This document shows, piece after piece, positions 40,243 through 44,640 of a stretch of DNA of 44,640 bases. The notes beneath the pieces are model-generated. The model worked only from the letters and a program-made list of their open reading frames with translations. It searched no databases and was not told the origin of the DNA. The position numbers and the translations under genes were made by a program. Each line of letters begins with the position of its first letter. Within the stretch, counting starts at the first letter, position 1. This stretch comes from an uncultured Candidatus Saccharibacteria bacterium (GTDB lineage Bacteria; Patescibacteriota; Minisyncoccia; Sungbacterales; HO2-52-23), in contig CAYJWH010000002.1 in assembly GCA_964373875.1 (NCBI GenBank), forward strand, positions 1 to 44,640. Direction: 5' to 3'.

Positions 40243-40326
40243 GGGGACGTGGTGGAATGGCAGACACGTACGGTTCAGGGCCGTATGCCGCAAGGCGTGA
40301 GAGTTCAACTCTCTCCGTCCCCACCA
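40243..40326 (+). tRNA. tRNA-Leu (anticodon CAG), CCA encoded
   Basis: Acceptor GGGGACG/CGTCCCC; anticodon stem TACGG/CCGTA with loop TTCAGGG; long variable arm TGCCGCAAGGCGT; T arm GAGAG-TTCAACT-CTCTC; discriminator A plus CCA. Confidence 0.9.
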
Positions 40327-40387
40327 AGACAAAACTCTTTTTATTATTAATTAACTAAACAATTGTTGCGTAATCAACCAAATAAAT

Positions 40388-42172
40388 ATGGCACCAAATA
40401 GAACGAGGAGGCGTATGCCTATCCGCGCGAGTCACCATCCCCTGCGGCTGGGACCGAGTTTGGCTCGACTAGTACCTCCACTACATAAAGAGACCCCCTT
40501 AGAAAAGGGCGTACTTAAATTTATTCCTCTTGGAGGCTGCGGCGAGGTCACTCGCAGTATGTACGTATATGAATATGGAGACGACATAGTAATTGTTGAT
40601 ATGGGATTGCAATGGCCGGACGAGGATATGCCGGGCATTGACTATTTAATCCCCAATGTTGAATACCTCAAGCCAAAACGCAAAAACATCAGGGGTATAA
40701 TAATAACCCACGGACATTATGACCACATGGGCGCAATCCCTCACCTCCTCGACCCCTTGGGCAATCCGCCGATTTTCGCGACAGCCCTAACCCGCGGCAT
40801 GATTCTTAAAAGGCACGAGGATTTTCGCGAATCGCCGAGGCCCAAAATTGAAATCGTCACACCGGAGTCAACGCTTACCTTGGGAGATTTCCGGATAGAA
40901 TTTTTTCATGTAAACCACAATATTCCCGACTCGGTGGGGGTTGTCCTAAAAACTCCGGAGCACACTGCCGTCCATACCGGAGATTTTAAATTTGATCATC
41001 GGCCGGTAAATGAGCGTCCGGCAGATATCCCCCGGCTTTCCGCGCTCGGAAAAGACGGGGTAACCTTGCTTGTCTCCGAAAGTACTGACGCGGAAATGCC
41101 TGGACATCAGATTTCGGAAACCGAAGTCCAAGACTCCCTGGAAGAAGTCTTTAAAGTCGCCCAGGGCAGAATCATTGCCGCTACTTTTGCTTCTCTCTTG
41201 ACGCGTATCCAGCAGCTTATTTGGCTCTCGGAAAAATACAACCGGAAAGTAGCCATTGAAGGATACAGCATGAAACAAAATGTGGCTGTCGCGCAGGAAC
41301 TCGGCTACCTTAAAATCAAAAAAGGAACTCTTATTGATGCCAAAGAAATTCACCGCTATAAAGACAGGGAGATAACTATTTGCTGCACCGGAGCGCAGGG
41401 AGAAGATCACGCGGTTATGATGCGGATTGCCAATAACGAACACCGCAATATTTCTCTAGAAACCACCGACTCGATTATCTTTTCTTCTTCCGTAATTCCG
41501 GGAAATGAAGCGACAGTGCAACGTCTTAAAGATGTTCTCTATAAACGGGCACACAAAGTTTATCACGTGGCCACCATGGATATTCATGCCGGAGGGCACG
41601 CCAAACAGGAAGAACTTAAACAAATGATTCAGTTGATAAAACCCAAGTACCTTATCCCCATTCACGGAAATTATTTTATGTTGAAACTCCACACCGAACT
41701 TGCGGAAGAAGCCGGAATCTCCAAGCAAAACGCCATAATAGCCGAAGACGGAGAGATCGTAGCCATAAGTTCGGAAGGGATCCGCAAACTTAAAGAGAAA
41801 GCCCCTACTGATTATGTTATGGTTGACGGACTTGGAGTTGGAGACATAAAAGAGGTTGTGCTTCGGGATCGCCAGCATCTGGCAGAGGACGGAATATTTG
41901 TTATTATAACTATAGTTGACTCAAAAACGGGCAAGGTGAAAACTAGTCCAGATATCATCTCTCGCGGATTTATTTATCTTAAAGAATCACAGGATCTCTT
42001 GAAAGAAGTACGCCACAAAGCTCGTCAGATTGTAGAGGATATAACTGTCGCCCATCCGCATCCCATCAACTGGACGCACATCAAAGACAATTTGCGAGAA
42101 AAAATAGGCCAGTTCTTGTTTTCAAGGACGCAAAGACGACCAATGGTGCTACCCGTGGTCATTGAGGTATAG
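40388..42172 (+). CDS. rnj: Ribonuclease J (beta-CASP metallo-beta-lactamase)
   Basis: FIPLGGCGEVTRSMYVYEYGDDIVIVDMG and motif HGHYDHMGA. The size and C-terminal domain are typical. The true start may be internal (for example the ATG at 40415), because the first ~35 aa look like an extension. Confidence 0.9.
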   Translation: MAPNRTRRRMPIRASHHPLRLGPSLARLVPPLHKETPLEKGVLKFIPLGGCGEVTRSMYVYEYGDDIVIVDMGLQWPDEDMPGIDYLIPNVEYLKPKRKNIRGIIITHGHYDHMGAIPHLLDPLGNPPIFATALTRGMILKRHEDFRESPRPKIEIVTPESTLTLGDFRIEFFHVNHNIPDSVGVVLKTPEHTAVHTGDFKFDHRPVNERPADIPRLSALGKDGVTLLVSESTDAEMPGHQISETEVQDSLEEVFKVAQGRIIAATFASLLTRIQQLIWLSEKYNRKVAIEGYSMKQNVAVAQELGYLKIKKGTLIDAKEIHRYKDREITICCTGAQGEDHAVMMRIANNEHRNISLETTDSIIFSSSVIPGNEATVQRLKDVLYKRAHKVYHVATMDIHAGGHAKQEELKQMIQLIKPKYLIPIHGNYFMLKLHTELAEEAGISKQNAIIAEDGEIVAISSEGIRKLKEKAPTDYVMVDGLGVGDIKEVVLRDRQHLAEDGIFVIITIVDSKTGKVKTSPDIISRGFIYLKESQDLLKEVRHKARQIVEDITVAHPHPINWTHIKDNLREKIGQFLFSRTQRRPMVLPVVIEV

Positions 42173-42245
42173 CGAAGGCCTACTTGCCCCGTGCCAACGC
42201 GAAGCTTTGGCGGCGGGGTGGTACTTCCCGTGGTCATTGAAGTGT

Positions 42246-42268
42246 AAAAAAAAGCGGCTTAGACCGCT
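42246..42268 (-). terminator. Intrinsic terminator of the 87-aa minus-strand ORF
   Basis: On the minus strand: AGCGG-TCTAAG-CCGCT followed by T7. Confidence 0.6.
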
Positions 42269-42279
42269 CCGGTTGAAAA

Positions 42280-42543
42280 TTAATCAGGCTTATTGGAATC
42301 AAACTTACAATTAGTCCTAACCGCTATATTGATCCGGGCCATAACTCTAGCAATGATCTCGCGCGTCAGGCCTGGCATCATTTCATCTGAAACTGTAACG
42401 GTGACATCAGTCGCCGCAAGGGCGGCACGCAATACTTCATCAAGCTTTACTGCCACCCTCCAATCATCTGCAGTAAGATCCGGATAAAGATGTTTAGCCA
42501 ACATTTCAGGATCTAGGTGAGTCAATTTGATCGCATAGTCCAT
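42280..42543 (-). CDS. Hypothetical 87-aa protein
   Basis: ORF followed by a terminator. I recognise no family. Confidence 0.5.
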   Translation of the reverse strand: MDYAIKLTHLDPEMLAKHLYPDLTADDWRVAVKLDEVLRAALAATDVTVTVSDEMMPGLTREIIARVMARINIAVRTNCKFDSNKPD

Positions 42544-42584
42544 ATGATAAATCCTTTTGGTGCTACTTTTTTCTTATCATACAC

Positions 42585-43571
42585 ATGAATAAAAAGCAAA
42601 CACTTTTAAGCGGAATTGCTCCCTCGGGCAATCTGCATATCGGTAACTATTTAGGGGCGCTCAAACAATGGGTGGATCTCCAAAAAGACTACACGGTTTT
42701 TGCCATGGTTGCCGATTTGCACGCGATTACCGTTCCCCAAGATCCCAAAATACTCCATGAAAAAACACTCGAAGTCGCAAAGATTATGGTGGCCGGCGGC
42801 ATTGACCCTGAAAAATCAGTTGTCTTTTTGCAATCGCATGTTCCGGCCCACGTCGAACTTGGCTGGATTTTGAATACGCTCACTCCGGTTGGAGAATTAG
42901 AGCGGATGACACAATTTAAAGAGAAAAAAGAAAAATCCGGAGTTCTCGCCGGCCTATTGAACTATCCTTGGCTTATGGCCGCAGATATTCTTCTATACCA
43001 AGCTGATGTGGTACCCGTAGGAGACGACCAAAACCAGCACCTTGAACTAGCTCGCACGCTGGCAAGAAAATTCAATAACAAGTTTGGTGGAAATACTTTT
43101 AAGGAACCTCAAGCATTTATAGATAATGACATCAGGAGAATCATGGCCCTTGATGACCCCTCTCAAAAGATGTCAAAATCAGCAGAAAGTAATTACAACT
43201 ACATTGCTATCCTCGATCCGGAGGAGGAAATTCGTAAAAAAATAAAAGCAGCTGTGACAAGTTCAGAACCGGGAATCAGATTTAATGCCCTAACCCATCC
43301 TGCTGAGTTGAACCTTCTAAACATTTACAGCTCATTTTCCGGAATTCCGACAAACGAGTTAACACAAATGTTTTCTGCCAAAGGGCACGCAGAATTTAAA
43401 GAGTCACTCGCCGAACTGATTGTGGAAAAGCTCAAGCCAATTCAGGATAAATATAAGGAGATATCTGAAGGCAAAATTGAGGATATTTTAAAGGACGGGG
43501 CAAAGCGAGCATCGGAAATGGCCGAAAAAACCCTCCGAGATACCAAAGAAAAAATGGGATTTGTACTATAA
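42585..43571 (+). CDS. trpS: Tryptophanyl-tRNA synthetase
   Basis: 328 aa with SGI.PSG.LHIGNYLGA (HIGH motif), GDDQ.QH.EL.R, and KMSKS. Confidence 0.96.
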   Translation: MNKKQTLLSGIAPSGNLHIGNYLGALKQWVDLQKDYTVFAMVADLHAITVPQDPKILHEKTLEVAKIMVAGGIDPEKSVVFLQSHVPAHVELGWILNTLTPVGELERMTQFKEKKEKSGVLAGLLNYPWLMAADILLYQADVVPVGDDQNQHLELARTLARKFNNKFGGNTFKEPQAFIDNDIRRIMALDDPSQKMSKSAESNYNYIAILDPEEEIRKKIKAAVTSSEPGIRFNALTHPAELNLLNIYSSFSGIPTNELTQMFSAKGHAEFKESLAELIVEKLKPIQDKYKEISEGKIEDILKDGAKRASEMAEKTLRDTKEKMGFVL

Positions 43572-43604
43572 ACTAAAAATCGGCTCGTGAGCCGATTTTT
43601 AGTT
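43571..43604. terminator. Bidirectional 15-bp terminator between trpS and the 71-aa ORF
   Basis: AACTAAAAATCGGCT-CGTG-AGCCGATTTTTAGTT. Confidence 0.75.
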
Positions 43605-43814
43605 TTCTTTGTAGGGATTTTCTTTCTTTTCTTCAAAATCCCCGTCCGAAGAGGAGTCAAAGGGTTTTTGTGTTACCGCAAAACTACTACGCGTTTCATC
43701 CGGCAAACCCGGCGGAGGAATATTTTTATTACGGCCGATATAAAATCTCCTGATTCCATAACCTAAAAGCGTAGGAGCAAATATTGAAATTGTGATAATA
43801 AGAAAGTCCTGCAT
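43599..43814 (-). CDS. Hypothetical small membrane-anchored protein downstream of the Hint-domain gene
   Basis: 71 aa with one N-terminal TM helix and an acidic tail. It begins 10 nt after the Hint ORF stop. Confidence 0.5.
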   Translation of the reverse strand: MQDFLIITISIFAPTLLGYGIRRFYIGRNKNIPPPGLPDETRSSFAVTQKPFDSSSDGDFEEKKENPYKEN

Positions 43815-43824
43815 AAAGGTTGAG

Positions 43825-44640
43825 TTATTCTGTATGGATTAAAATTCCATTGGCAAAATAGTTTTCTGTCTCCGTGCGTATCGTATAAAGCAATTTGGTG
43901 GAGCTCCGCACGCTGACTTTAACGACAACTTTCTCCTTGAGCATACCATCGCTACCAAGAAACAGAATATCTCCGGGAAGAATATTCTCGGCCCTTTTCC
44001 ATCCCTGTGGAGTAAGCAGGCGATGATCTCCGGTCATTTCAAGTTCCGTATCCAATGTCGCGATTACAAATAGTGGCGGATGGTCATTTTGATCATGGCG
44101 CAGAACTTCTAAAACAGGTACTTTGCGAATTTGTTTTTCTTTCAAAGAATATCCTAATACCATGTCCCCTGTCTTAATTTCTTCAATTGTCTTTGTTGAG
44201 CCGTCCGCAAGCAATATTTGAGTTCCCTCAACTACGCAAAAACCGCCACCACCATCACCAGGTGCACCCCCATCACCTTCGCCGGCACCTGTTCCGCCCG
44301 TACCTGCACCCCCGCCAGCGTCTGCTCCTCCACCCGGGCCTGATCCTTCACTGCCACTAGTATCGCTACTTTCGCCAGTAGGAGATGAACCTGGCGCTCC
44401 TCCCTCTCCCTCTGCGGCGGCGGCGGCATTACCGGCAGCAACTCCCGCTGCTGCGGCGGCAGCAGAGGCTGCAGCTGCAGCAGCGTCGGCATTACCAGAG
44501 GCTGCTGCATCAGCGGCTGCAGCAGCGGCGGCGGCTGCGTCAGCTGCGGCAGTAGCTGCAGCAGCGGCTGCATCGGTATTACCAGAGGCCGCAGCTGCTG
44601 TTGCCGAGGCCGCAGCTGCTGTTGCCGAGGCCGCAGCTGC
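43825..44640 (-). CDS. Partial CDS (N-terminus off-window): Ala/Gly low-complexity region followed by a C-terminal Hint (intein-like) domain
   Basis: The frame of ORF 43825-44214 stays open to the window edge. The Hint domain starts at Cys 44238-44236 (GGGGF/CVVEGTQILLADGSTKTIEEI). TGDH (TxxH) is present, and the protein ends NGILIHTE*. Confidence 0.8.
   Translation of the reverse strand, partial: AAAASATAAAASATAAAASGNTDAAAAAATAAADAAAAAAAAADAAASGNADAAAAAASAAAAAAGVAAGNAAAAAEGEGGAPGSSPTGESSDTSGSEGSGPGGGADAGGGAGTGGTGAGEGDGGAPGDGGGGFCVVEGTQILLADGSTKTIEEIKTGDMVLGYSLKEKQIRKVPVLEVLRHDQNDHPPLFVIATLDTELEMTGDHRLLTPQGWKRAENILPGDILFLGSDGMLKEKVVVKVSVRSSTKLLYTIRTETENYFANGILIHTE
44401..44640. repeat. GC-rich tandem/degenerate coding repeats (GCNGCN runs; 21-nt unit GCCGAGGCCGCAGCTGCTGTT)
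   Basis: The unit at 44603-44623 repeats at 44624 onward, with a near copy at 44582-44602. GG(C/T)ATTACC(A/G)G recurs at about 44426, 44488 and 44575. It encodes poly-Ala punctuated by S/T/D/GN. Confidence 0.85.

Noticed and set aside
44232-44573. 113-aa track ORF (MQPLLQLLPQLTQPPPLLQ...) on the minus strand
   Set aside because: It is an alternative frame of the GC-rich GCN-repeat DNA. The frame continuous with the Hint domain (poly-Ala/Gly) is open to the window edge and gives a coherent protein, so this ORF is a low-complexity artefact.
44401-44640. CRISPR array or non-coding satellite at the right edge
   Set aside because: The repeats are 3n-periodic, contiguous without unique spacers, and lie in an open frame continuous with the Hint domain. 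They are coding low-complexity repeats. I saw no CRISPR-like repeat-spacer pattern anywhere in the window.

Overview
This window is a gene-dense stretch of core housekeeping genes, mostly on the minus strand. It looks like a small-genome bacterium, possibly Patescibacteria/CPR-like; that placement is inference from gene content and style and cannot be checked here.

Gene order: atpC-atpD-(unknown ORF)-atpG-atpA (reverse-transcribed); a heat-shock cluster hrcA-grpE / dnaK-(membrane ORF)-dnaJ-dksA-like with a perfect CIRCE operator; a CaCA antiporter; cysS, dnaB, recR, rplU, rmuC; a phosphohexomutase; a hicB-hicA pair; ychF; rpsF-ssb-rpsR; recA; a rodZ-like gene; ftsK; a small GNAT / mini-lipoprotein / methyltransferase islet; rpoB-rpoC; a holin-4-like membrane protein; secG; a family-5 solute-binding protein; an APH-like kinase; tRNA-Leu(CAG); RNase J; trpS. 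At the right edge is a partial gene ending in a Hint domain. I saw no rRNA, CRISPR array, transposase or integrase.

Most unusual observations:
1. A C-terminal Hint (intein/Hedgehog-type) domain sits behind a very GC-rich poly-Ala/Gly repeat. The ORF track mis-frames this gene.
2. Short GC-rich palindromic or repeat elements appear to be inserted in frame into essential genes (atpD, atpG, atpA, dnaK tail, ychF, RNase J 3' end). Related elements crowd the intergenic regions.
3. A family of terminator-like hairpins shares the apex GCTATAGC.
4. An 813-nt ORF-free, heavily structured region lies upstream of rpoB.
5. The RNase J C-terminal tail is duplicated in frame behind its TAG stop, and the two copies differ only at synonymous positions.
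6. An ORF with a Shine-Dalgarno (SD) site is interrupted by an in-frame TGA.
7. A 27-codon lipoprotein-like mini-ORF has a perfect SD.

All calls come from reading the sequence and ORF translations. No database search was possible.
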